NCBI GenBank assembly: GCA_016713645.1
Contig: JADJOU010000008.1
Coordinates: 43,472 to 107,471 of the forward strand
Reading direction: 5' to 3'
DNA length: 64,000 nucleotides
Origin: Bacteroidota bacterium
GTDB lineage: Bacteria; Bacteroidota; Bacteroidia; Chitinophagales; JADJOU01
Within the stretch, counting starts at the first letter, position 1; every line of letters begins with the position of its first letter. Below the pieces are notes generated by a model. It had not been told where the DNA came from. It did not search any database and was given only the letters and a program-made list of their open reading frames with translations. This document shows, piece after piece, positions 43,351 through 52,134 of the stretch. Both the position numbers and the translations under genes were made by a program.

Positions 43351-44462
43351 GATAAGAAAGATTTTATTTCATTCAGCAAATCATCAATTTGCGATTTCGT
43401 ATTAAATGTATGCAAGCAAATGCGCAAGCGCTCACGTCCGACAGGTACTGTGGGAGAGAGGATGGCGCGGATAAAAAAGCCCTTATCGGATAAATAATTG
43501 GCGAGCGCTTTGGCCTTGAAATTATCTCCGATGATGATCCCTTGAATGGGCGAAAAGCTATCTAGAAAAACAAGCGATTTTAGATTGGATGCCGTGTTTC
43601 TAAAGTGCAGAATTAAATCAAAGAGAAATTCGCGATCAAGCGCAGGGAAAAGGGTATAGGCGGTTTTGATTTGTTCGTATGTATGCGGGGGCAGGGCTGT
43701 TGAGAAAACAAATGATCGCGCATTGTTGATCAAATGGTCGCGCAGAATATTAGACCCAACAACGGCAGCGCCATGGATGCCAGCGGCTTTGCCATAGGTA
43801 TATACACAGGCCAATACCTCGCTCTCCAATTCGAATTGGCAGACCAAACCTTCACCGCGCTCTCCGAATACGCCTGTGGCATGGGCTTCATCGACGATGA
43901 GCAAGGCGTCGTATTCATTGCAAAGGGCGGCGATTTCAATCAGCGGAGCAGCATCACCATCCATAGAATAAATGGATTCAACGGCGACGAATTTACGACC
44001 GATGGTCTGACGCAATTTGTGCTCGAGATCGAGCAAGTCGTTGTGTTTAAATTTCAGGCGATTGGCGTGGCTCAAGCGCATGCCATCGATGATGCTGGCA
44101 TGGATATACTCATCGGAGATATAGGTTTCTCCTTTGGAGGCAATGCAGGAAAATAGTCCGACATTGGCTGCATATCCTGAATTAAATATGAGTGCTGATT
44201 CTTGATTGTGGTATTCTGCGATGATGTATTCAGCTTCTTCTGCTTCGTTCATATTCCCAGAGATAGAGCGCGAACCCGTCGCTCCAGACCGATTGTTTTT
44301 ATCTAAGAATAAATAGGCGGGTGATGAAGAGAGGCCGAAATAATCATTGGAACTAAAATCAATTTTATCTCCTCGATGCACCAATGTGCGCATCAAACCT
44401 TTCTCATAGCGCTCGCGCAGCTTTTGTTTGAGATCGTTTTGAAATTTGTCCTTAGCATTCAT
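43347..44462 (-). CDS. bioF: 8-amino-7-oxononanoate synthase
   Basis: 371-aa alpha-oxoamine synthase with VDEAHATGVFG and the YTYGKA PLP-lysine region. A 4-nt overlap links it to bioD. Confidence 0.9.
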   Translation of the reverse strand: MNAKDKFQNDLKQKLRERYEKGLMRTLVHRGDKIDFSSNDYFGLSSSPAYLFLDKNNRSGATGSRSISGNMNEAEEAEYIIAEYHNQESALIFNSGYAANVGLFSCIASKGETYISDEYIHASIIDGMRLSHANRLKFKHNDLLDLEHKLRQTIGRKFVAVESIYSMDGDAAPLIEIAALCNEYDALLIVDEAHATGVFGERGEGLVCQFELESEVLACVYTYGKAAGIHGAAVVGSNILRDHLINNARSFVFSTALPPHTYEQIKTAYTLFPALDREFLFDLILHFRNTASNLKSLVFLDSFSPIQGIIIGDNFKAKALANYLSDKGFFIRAILSPTVPVGRERLRICLHTFNTKSQIDDLLNEIKSFLS

Positions 44463-44465
44463 AGC

Positions 44466-45455
44466 TTACGAAGTAGTGGCGAGCGTTTCTTTCTCCGCAT
44501 CTTTAAACGCTTTGCGCGGAGTCAATCCGAGCGTTTTGAACATCTGCATATCGGTGTCGAAATCTGGATTTGGTGTAGTCAACAATTTTTCTCCAGCAAA
44601 AATAGAATTGGCACCTGCCATAAAGCACATGGCTTGTTCGGCGATACTCATTTCATTTCTTCCTGCAGAGAGGCGTACAACGCTGTTTGGCATCAAGATT
44701 CGAGCGGTTGCAATCATGCGCACCATGACGTCGATTTCCACTTTTTTATTCTCTTGAAGAGGTGTTCCTTCGACAGCAACGAGCGCGTTGATAGGCACAG
44801 AGTCCGGATGCACTTCCATGGTGGATAGTGTGTGGAGCATATTCATTCTATCTTCGTCGGTTTCGCCCAATCCAACAATCCCGCCGCAGCAAACACTCAA
44901 CTTCGCTTTGCGCACATTGTTTAAGGTGTTGATTCTATCGTCGAAAGTGCGCGTGGTGATGATGTTTCCGTAGTTTTCTGAAGAGGTATCGATATTGTGG
45001 TTGTATGCAAAACAGCCCGCTTCTTTTAATTTTTCTGCTTGTTCGTAAGTCAACATCCCCAATGTACAACAGACTTCCAATCCCATATCGTTCACTTCAG
45101 AGACCATTTCCAATACGCGGTCAAAATCGGAATTGTCGCGCACTTCGCGCCATGCGGCACCCATGCACAATCTTGAAGAACCATTGGCCTTGGCAATGGC
45201 GGCGCGCTCTTTCACTTTTTCCACTGTCATGAGGGAATGTGCTTCGATGCCTGTAGAATATCTCGCTGCTTGTGGACAATAAGAACAGTCTTCTTTGCAG
45301 CCACCCGTTTTGATGGAGATCAAACTGCTGATTTGCACTTCGCCATAATTTTTATTCTGACGGTGAATGGTTGCAGCGCGAAAAATCAAATCGAATAATG
45401 GTGTATTGTAAATTTCTTTGACTTCGTCTAGGGTCCAATTTGTTTTAACTTGCAT
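44466..45455 (-). CDS. bioB: Biotin synthase (radical SAM)
   Basis: 329-aa ORF with the CKEDCSYCPQ radical SAM cluster motif and full-length similarity. Confidence 0.95.
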   Translation of the reverse strand: MQVKTNWTLDEVKEIYNTPLFDLIFRAATIHRQNKNYGEVQISSLISIKTGGCKEDCSYCPQAARYSTGIEAHSLMTVEKVKERAAIAKANGSSRLCMGAAWREVRDNSDFDRVLEMVSEVNDMGLEVCCTLGMLTYEQAEKLKEAGCFAYNHNIDTSSENYGNIITTRTFDDRINTLNNVRKAKLSVCCGGIVGLGETDEDRMNMLHTLSTMEVHPDSVPINALVAVEGTPLQENKKVEIDVMVRMIATARILMPNSVVRLSAGRNEMSIAEQAMCFMAGANSIFAGEKLLTTPNPDFDTDMQMFKTLGLTPRKAFKDAEKETLATTS

Positions 45456-45472
45456 AGGGTTATAATATTTTA

Positions 45473-45480
45473 CAAATATA
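45473..45480 (-). promoter_or_regulatory. Putative -7 box TATATTTG of the bio operon
   Basis: A TAnnTTTG on the minus strand, 17 nt upstream of the bioB ATG. Confidence 0.4.
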
Positions 45481-45569
45481 GTATTTTGTCTTTTTTGTTC
45501 GCGTCAAACTGCAAGACACATAAACTGCAGAAAGTCATTTATATCAAAGAAAATCTTTTTCTAAAAGCA

Positions 45570-46815
45570 TTATGGGAGATGTTTTTTAAATATGGAACTG
45601 GCGATATGTCCGCCAAAACCAAAGGTATTGTTCATGGCGTAGACGATCTTTTTTTGCACAGCATGACCGAGCGTGAAGTCAAAAGAGTGAGCAAATTCAT
45701 GTTCAATGGTGGATGTATTGATGGTCGGCGGAATGATATCCTCGCGAATAGATTGAATGCATGCAATGGCTTCAATGGCGCCCGCAGCGCCGATTAGGTG
45801 ACCTGTCATGGATTTTGTCGCGCTGATATTGAGCTTGCGAGAATTACCAAAAATAGTTTTCATGGCAAATAGTTCGCTTAAATCTCCCGCTTGGGTGGAA
45901 GTTGCATGGGCATTTACATAGTCGATTTCAGAAGCTTGAATGCCGGCCTCTTCAAGTGCAAGCGACATTCCCTCAGCAGCGCCTTCTCCTTTAGGATGAG
46001 TCCCCGTGAGGTGATAAGCGTCAGCATAAAGGCCGCCACCGACGATTTCTGCGAGAATAGGTGCACCGCGCTTGATGGCGTGTTCGAGGGATTCAAACAC
46101 GAGGGCACCTGCGCCTTCACCCAAGACAAATCCATTTCTATGGATATCAAATGGTTTTGAAGCGGTTGTATGGGTTTCGTTAGAAGTAGAAATAGCGCGT
46201 GCGGCGTTGAATCCGCCGATGGAACTCTCGGTGATGGATGCTTCCAGAACCGCCTGTGATGATCATATCTGCCTTTCCCCAGCGGATATAATTCAAGGCG
46301 TTAATTATGGCGGTATTGCTTGAAGCACAAGCAGAAGCTGTGGTAAAATTGATGCCGTGCAAATCGTATTTTATGGAGATGGCGCCAGCGGCAATATTAT
46401 TGATTCGCTTGGGAATAAAGTAGGGGTTGAATCGCGGAATTCCCTCATTGAGTTTATAGTCACCATATTCCTGTTCCGTGGTGGAAATCCCGCCATTGCT
46501 GGTTCCCCAGATGACGCCGATGCGCTTTTTGTTTAGAGCATCAAATTGAATTTGTGCTTGTCGAATGGCTTCATCAGCAGCGACAAGGGCGTACTGTGTA
46601 TATAAATCGTACTTTTTTAAATTCGCCGCATCAATGGCAATCAATGGATTGAAGTCTTTCACTTCGCAAGCGAATTGGGTTTTAAATCGACTTGCGTTAA
46701 ATTTGGTGATAGGCCCTGAACCGCTTTTACCGCGCAAGAGCGCCTCCCAATAATCGCGAAGATTATTGCCGATGGGCGTGATGGCTCCGAGGCCTGTTAT
46801 GACGACTCTTTTCAT
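45570..46815 (-). pseudogene. fabF: Beta-ketoacyl-ACP synthase II, frameshifted
   Basis: ORF 46180-46815 holds the active-site Cys (TTASACASS). ORF 45570-46124 holds the His pair (NAHATST, GHLIGAAG). The frames rejoin as ...ITGGSEASITESSIGGFNAARA... if one G is removed near 46243-46246. Confidence 0.9.
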
Positions 46816-46839
46816 GCGAGATGGGGCTGAAATTCACTT

Positions 46840-46847
46840 CAAATATA
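46840..46847 (-). promoter_or_regulatory. Putative -7 box TATATTTG of fabF
   Basis: A TAnnTTTG on the minus strand, 25 nt upstream of the fabF ATG. Confidence 0.4.
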
Positions 46848-46930
46848 GGGTATAATTGTTTTAAAGAGGGGCGATTTAAAGAGATTTGTTTTTAATTACA
46901 AACATTCTTGCTAAGTGTCAGTTGGTGATG

Positions 46931-47020
46931 TTTTAAACGCAAAGAAGCGATTTTAAACGCAAAAAAGGAGTTTTGTCAAAGATTGTTCTCAGAGCTGAAG
47001 ATAATTTAAACGCAAAGAAC
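46931..47020. repeat. TTTTAAACGCAAAGAA direct repeats (two tandem 20-bp units, a degenerate third unit, and one dispersed copy)
   Basis: Copies at 46931-46947, 46951-46967 and 47004-47020, in the divergent region between fabF and the DUF2132/MbnPH operon. Confidence 0.7.
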
Positions 47021-47035
47021 CGCAAAGGAATGAAT

Positions 47036-47043
47036 TATATTTG
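47036..47043 (+). promoter_or_regulatory. Putative -7 box TATATTTG of the DUF2132-MbnP-MbnH operon
   Basis: A TAnnTTTG ending 29 nt upstream of the ATG at 47073. The third AAACGCAAAGAAC repeat covers the expected -33 position. Confidence 0.4.
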
Positions 47044-47072
47044 AAAAGATTTAGTAGAGACAAGATTCGATT

Positions 47073-47315
47073 ATGGAAACGCAAAAAAACAATCCACTTC
47101 ATGGCATTACGCTAGAGCAGATGTTGATTTATCTCACAGAAAATCACAGTTGGGAATTTCTAGCGTCGGAGATCAATATCAATTGCTTTAAGAGTGACCC
47201 GAGTATCAAATCCAGTTTGACATTTTTGAGAAAAACGCCATGGGCGAGAACGCGCGTAGAAAATCTCTATTTGTATTTGAAGAAGAAAGAGCAAAAGAAA
47301 AGCGATACTAAATGA
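47073..47315 (+). CDS. DUF2132 (VF530-like) small protein
   Basis: 80-aa ORF. The pattern [13 protein letters not shown]...[35 protein letters not shown] is characteristic of DUF2132. Confidence 0.8.
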   Translation: METQKNNPLHGITLEQMLIYLTENHSWEFLASEININCFKSDPSIKSSLTFLRKTPWARTRVENLYLYLKKKEQKKSDTK

Positions 47316-48001
47316 TACAAAGGGCAATATTTATTTGCATGGTCATGATTCTTTTAGGAACTTTTGTTCATGGTCAACAATCGCTGGTCCTCTCGATAAA
47401 ACCGATGATGGGCAAGGAGGAATTGATTTTGGGCAAAGCATATATCGATGCGCGAGGGGATACGATGAATATTGAAACCCTGCGATTTTACCTATCAAAT
47501 TTTATGTTTTATAGCAAAGGGAAATCCGTTTGGCAAGAGAAGAATAGTTACCATTTGGTGGAGGGAGATGATAGCGCGAAGCGATCGATTGCCTTGCGAA
47601 TTCCTCCTAAAATAAAATACGACGCAATGGGCTTTACATGGGGGGTCGATAGCACAGCCAATGTGTCGGGCGCGATGGGTGGGGATTTAGACCCGACGAA
47701 AGGCATGTATTGGACTTGGCAGAATGGCTATATCAATACAAAAATAGAGGGAACTTGTTCTTCTAGCACAGTGGCGAAAGGCTCATTTCAAATGCATCTA
47801 GGTGGTTATGCATATCCATTTCGAGCAGATCAGCACTTATTGTTTTCTTTAGGTGAGGGAAATACCTTGCAAATCAAGATTCAATTAGAACAGTTTTTTG
47901 AGCAAATAGATTGGGTAAAACAAAATCGCATTATGTCGCCGAGTAATGACGCCGTTCAATTGTCGGAGGCATTGTCCAAAACCATTCAAGTGAAGCAATG
48001 A
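47312..48001 (+). CDS. MbnP-family (putative copper-binding) periplasmic protein
   Basis: 229-aa ORF with a signal peptide, then [10 protein letters not shown] and [21 protein letters not shown] motifs as I recall them for MbnP-like proteins. It is directly coupled (ATGA overlap) to a di-haem peroxidase gene, as in MbnP/MbnH pairs. Confidence 0.6.
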   Translation: MIQRAIFICMVMILLGTFVHGQQSLVLSIKPMMGKEELILGKAYIDARGDTMNIETLRFYLSNFMFYSKGKSVWQEKNSYHLVEGDDSAKRSIALRIPPKIKYDAMGFTWGVDSTANVSGAMGGDLDPTKGMYWTWQNGYINTKIEGTCSSSTVAKGSFQMHLGGYAYPFRADQHLLFSLGEGNTLQIKIQLEQFFEQIDWVKQNRIMSPSNDAVQLSEALSKTIQVKQ

Positions 48002-49023
48002 AAAAGAAGCAGATCATTTTTTTAGGATTTTTGGGATTGACTGCGATTGCTTTTAAAGGAAAAGGGGAAAAGGACATAGAGCGACCAAAACATTTTCCTG
48101 AGCCAACTTATTCCTTTCAAAACAATCCGATGAGTGTGGATAAAATCTATTTAGGACGTGTTTTGTTTTACGATCCGATTTTGTCGCGAAACAATACGAT
48201 TGCCTGTTCGAATTGTCATTCCCCTTACAATGCCTTTACACATGTAGATCATGCATTGAGTCATGGTATTGAAGATAGAGAGGGAAAGAGAAATTCTCCC
48301 GCTTTGATGAACTTGGCCTGGCAGCCCTATTTTATGTGGGATGGGGCGATCAATCATTTGGATATGCAATCCCTATTTCCGATAACACATCCTGACGAGA
48401 TGGGGGAGACGATAGAAAATGTCGTCATGAAATTAAAAGAGAAAAGGGCCTATCGAAATTTATTTTTAAAAGCATATGGAGATTCTTCGATTACAGGAGA
48501 GCGCTTATTGAAAGCGTTTTCGTCATTTATGGTTCAGTTGGTGAGCGCCAATTCAAAGTACGATAGTGTGATGCGCAAAACATCTATTTTTGCGTCGCAA
48601 GAAAAGCGCGGATATGATTTGTTTAAGACGCATTGCAATGCTTGTCATACCGAACCGCTCTTTACTAATTATAGATTTGAAAGCAATGGTTTGTCTCTTG
48701 ATCCAGTATTGAAGGATATTGGGCGTGCAGGAATTAGTCAAAATCCCAAAGATTCATTTCTCTTCAAAATCCCCACTTTGCGCAATATTGAATTCTCCTA
48801 TCCCTATATGCATGACGGACGATTTAAGAAGTTGAAGGAAGTCTTGAACCACTATAATAAAGATTTTGGAAAGGGGAAGTATGGTAGCGTAAACAAGCCC
48901 ATTCAATTGAGTTCAGAGGAGCAAGTGGATTTGATGGCATTTTTACTTACCTTATCGGACAGAGCATTTTTATTCAATCAAGACTATGCCTACCCAAGGG
49001 AGTTTTTGAAAGAGGGGAAGTAA
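47998..49023 (+). CDS. Di-haem cytochrome c peroxidase family enzyme (MbnH/MauG-like)
   Basis: 341-aa ORF with two CxxCH haem motifs (CSNCH, CNACH) and CCP/MauG-type spacing. The ATGA overlap with the MbnP-like gene is at 47998-48001. Confidence 0.85.
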   Translation: MKKKQIIFLGFLGLTAIAFKGKGEKDIERPKHFPEPTYSFQNNPMSVDKIYLGRVLFYDPILSRNNTIACSNCHSPYNAFTHVDHALSHGIEDREGKRNSPALMNLAWQPYFMWDGAINHLDMQSLFPITHPDEMGETIENVVMKLKEKRAYRNLFLKAYGDSSITGERLLKAFSSFMVQLVSANSKYDSVMRKTSIFASQEKRGYDLFKTHCNACHTEPLFTNYRFESNGLSLDPVLKDIGRAGISQNPKDSFLFKIPTLRNIEFSYPYMHDGRFKKLKEVLNHYNKDFGKGKYGSVNKPIQLSSEEQVDLMAFLLTLSDRAFLFNQDYAYPREFLKEGK

Positions 49024-49095
49024 TTGGGAAAGGGATTTCTAAGATAGAATTAAATTATTGTACTTATTCTTGTATTTAAATCACGCTAAGCAAGA

Positions 49096-49995
49096 ATGGA
49101 CATCAAACGCTATATCGCCACACACGACAATTTTCTCTTGTCTTTTTTGAAATTCTTTTTGTACAAAATCAAGAACAAGTATTATCACGTCAATGAGATC
49201 ATCGAAAAGACGGAAATTATAGAGAATGGTATGGTGAAAGTGACGCTCAAAGAGGGGATTGTGATGTATGGAAATCCGTCCAAATTGCCCGCGGAGATTC
49301 AGTTTACAGAAAGGATAAAATTTGGTGAAAAGAGCAAACTCACGAAAATTATAGATGTAAACAAGTACTATTTTATGTATGAGGGATTGAGTGAATTGTT
49401 TGCAGAGCGCGTGCATTTTCAGTATTTCGCGCCTAAGGCGGGAGACTGTGTGGTGGACTGCGGAGCGAATGTGGGATTTTTCACCGTTCAAGCGGCGAAG
49501 ATGATCGGCGAAAATGGGCGATTGATCGCTATTGAACCAGATACAGATAATCATAAACTCTTGCTAAAGAATATCGAAGCAAATGGATTGAAAAATGTGA
49601 AGGTCGTCAATGCGGGAGTCTGGTCGAAGAAGGATGTCTTGACGTTTAATGTGGGCATTCACCCAGGAGAGCATTCATTTGTATTGCACGATGATATTAT
49701 TCATCAAGAGGGGATTCGCAAGATTGAAATCCCTGTGGACACGCTCGACAATATATTGGCAAACGAGGGAGTTACAAAAGTGGACTTCGTTAAAATGGAT
49801 ATTGAAGGAGCAGAGACCGAGGCAATCAAAGGGATGAATGGCGTATTAGCCCAGGATGGCGTGAAATGGGTTGTTGAAGCTGGGCATTTGGTCGATGGCG
49901 AAATGACTTTCCACAAAGTAGAGGCGTATATGAAAGAGAAGGGGTATAGGAATTTGAGCACCGATGGTCTTTTAGAGGGGCGATTTATGCGGTGA
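49096..49995 (+). CDS. FkbM-family SAM-dependent methyltransferase
   Basis: 299-aa ORF with VVDCGANVGFFT...AIEPD....L..N.....N pattern and DFVKMDIEGAE. Confidence 0.8.
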   Translation: MDIKRYIATHDNFLLSFLKFFLYKIKNKYYHVNEIIEKTEIIENGMVKVTLKEGIVMYGNPSKLPAEIQFTERIKFGEKSKLTKIIDVNKYYFMYEGLSELFAERVHFQYFAPKAGDCVVDCGANVGFFTVQAAKMIGENGRLIAIEPDTDNHKLLLKNIEANGLKNVKVVNAGVWSKKDVLTFNVGIHPGEHSFVLHDDIIHQEGIRKIEIPVDTLDNILANEGVTKVDFVKMDIEGAETEAIKGMNGVLAQDGVKWVVEAGHLVDGEMTFHKVEAYMKEKGYRNLSTDGLLEGRFMR

Positions 49996-50168
49996 AGTAG
50001 TCGCCTTAAACGCCCAGATAAAGGAATTGTGCGCTTCTAATGCAGAATAAGGCAGGCGAGTCTTTGTTCGCTGCAGAATTAATAGAGGTTTTGAATAGCG
50101 CAAGCAACCATCTCAAATGAATATGCGTAAAAGATATAAATGGGATTCCCAGTTTAAATCTTAGCATT

Positions 50169-50451
50169 ATGAAACGATTGATCATTTTTTACACTATTAA
50201 GCGTATATCTTATAGATTTACAGGCACAAGCGAACTATAGCGACAAGGGGTGTTTTGATAGCAGTTTAACATTTGAAGACGAATGGGTCGCTGAGGAAGG
50301 GCCTCAAAACGACTGTTCTGCAACCGAGGATACAAAGCGAAAAACAGCAAAAGAGTTTACAATTTGGAAAGTCTCAGGTCGAATGGTAAGAAAGATGCTC
50401 ACAGAAAACACGCATGCGGCAGAGATCAATAGCAAAGAAGTTGGTGAATAG
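50169..50451 (+). pseudogene. Small secreted hypothetical protein, frameshifted (not in the ORF track)
   Basis: ATG 50169 encodes MKRLIIF.... After a 1-nt shift at the T6 run (50185-50190), the reading continues as ...LLSVYLIDLQAQANYSDKGCFDSSLTFEDEWVAEEG... to a TAG at 50449-50451. Confidence 0.35.
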
Positions 50452-50524
50452 AAGCGCCCTTTTGGCTGAACACAAGGGAGTCCAAGGGGAATAACAAATA
50501 AAAAAAATTTATCACAAAGAAAAA

Positions 50525-52119
50525 TTGATGGAAAAGAAAATCGTTTTACTGTGGCTCTTATTTTGTCTCGCAAATATTTCTTTTGCGCAACGCAATGTGA
50601 TTCTCATTATTGCAGATGACCTAAGTCCTGATTTCTTTGGCTTTTACGAGGGGTACGGCGATACCGTTGATGTTCCTAATATACGTGCATTGGTGAAAAA
50701 AGGGGTGCGATTTAAAAATGGCATGAGCAATCCTGTCTGTTCATCGACGAGGTCTAGCATATTGACAGGTCGTTATGGGTTTAGAACAGGTGTTGGCGGA
50801 ATTGTTGGCGGCAGCGGTGGTTCAGGTCAGTTGGACACGGCGGAAATGACCATCCCGAGAATCTTGAAGGCATATAATTCCAATATCTCAGCAGCGAATA
50901 TCGGCAAGTGGCATTTGCACAATCCAAGTCCTACAGCATTGAATTATCCGAATAAGATGGGATATGATCATTTCGAGGGGCCATTTATTGGAGCATTGCC
51001 GAGCTTTACCAATTGGTCGAAAATCATCAATGGAACAACAGTTAGTGTGACTAATTATGCCACGACAGAGAATGTGAACAATGCGGTGACTTGGATAAAG
51101 GCACAGGGAACCAAGCCTTTTTTCTTGTGGTTGGCATTTAATGCACCACACGAGCCCTTGCATTTGCCTCCAGCTGGATTGCACAGTTTCACGAGTTTAA
51201 CGGGGACAGCCCAAGACATCAAGAATAACCCCAAGTCTTATTTTAAGGCGATGATTCAAGCCATGGATACCGAGATGGGAAGGCTTTTTGATAGTTTGCG
51301 CACCACGAATAGATTTGATAGCACGGATTTTATATTTATTGGTGATAACGGCAGCACGCCTCGCACAGCCCAAACATTGGATACGTCGAAAGCCAAGGGA
51401 ACCGTTTATCAGTATGGTGTTCGCACTCCATTTATCGCTTCGGGTCCATCTGTTGTAAATCCGGGTAGGTCAAGTGATGCGTTAGTGAATGTCGCGGATA
51501 TATTTGCGACTGTTATGGATTTATTTGGCAATCAAAACTGGTCGAGCCAAATACCAGTTAATAAAACAGTCGACAGCAAGAGTTTTATGAATGTGATAAG
51601 AGATGAGAAATCTGCAACAAGGGCATGGACTTTTTGTGAAATTTTTAAAACAACACACGATTCAGATGAAGCAAAAGCAATGCGCAACATTGATTATAAA
51701 CTGATTAGATTTGATTATGGAGCGGAAGAATTTTACAATCTCAGTAAAGATCCCAATGAAACCAATAACCTTTTAAAAACGACGATGACGAATACTGACA
51801 GTGTGAATTATTCATACTTGTGCAACGAAATGACGAATTTAGTGGGGAAAGGGATAACTTGTAAAGCGATAGGCGGCTACAAACGCAATCAATGAAATAA
51901 ATCAAAGTAGGCGGGTCTATCCCAATCCTTTTTCAAGATTTCATCCAAATAAAAGAGGCAAGTCCGGGTGAAATTTTTACTTTGATGAATATGCAAGGGG
52001 AGAAAATATATGAAGGAGAAAGCATCAGTAAGCAAAACTTTTCTTTTCTTTCAAATGGAGTATATTTTTTAAAATCTAATTTAGAATCAACGAATATTAT
52101 TAAAATTATCAAACAATAA
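50525..52119 (+). pseudogene. Sulfatase-family enzyme with a detached T9SS type A C-terminal domain (two frameshifts)
   Basis: ORF 50525-51895 has the sulfatase N-terminus (ILIIADDL, CSSTRSSILTGRY). Downstream, in two other frames, the sequence reads ...INEINQSRRVYPNPF / QDFIQIKEASPGEIFTLMNMQGEKIYEG...NGVYFLK...IKIIKQ*, ending at 52119. The shifts are near 51873-51893 and at the T5 run 51929-51933. Confidence 0.75.
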
Positions 52120-52134
52120 AATAAATCAATTCAA

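Noticed and set aside
50007-50014. TTAAACGC downstream of the FkbM gene as a fourth copy of the 46.9-kb repeat, bracketing the MbnPH block
   Set aside because: Only an 8-mer is shared. About two chance occurrences are expected in 64 kb on both strands.
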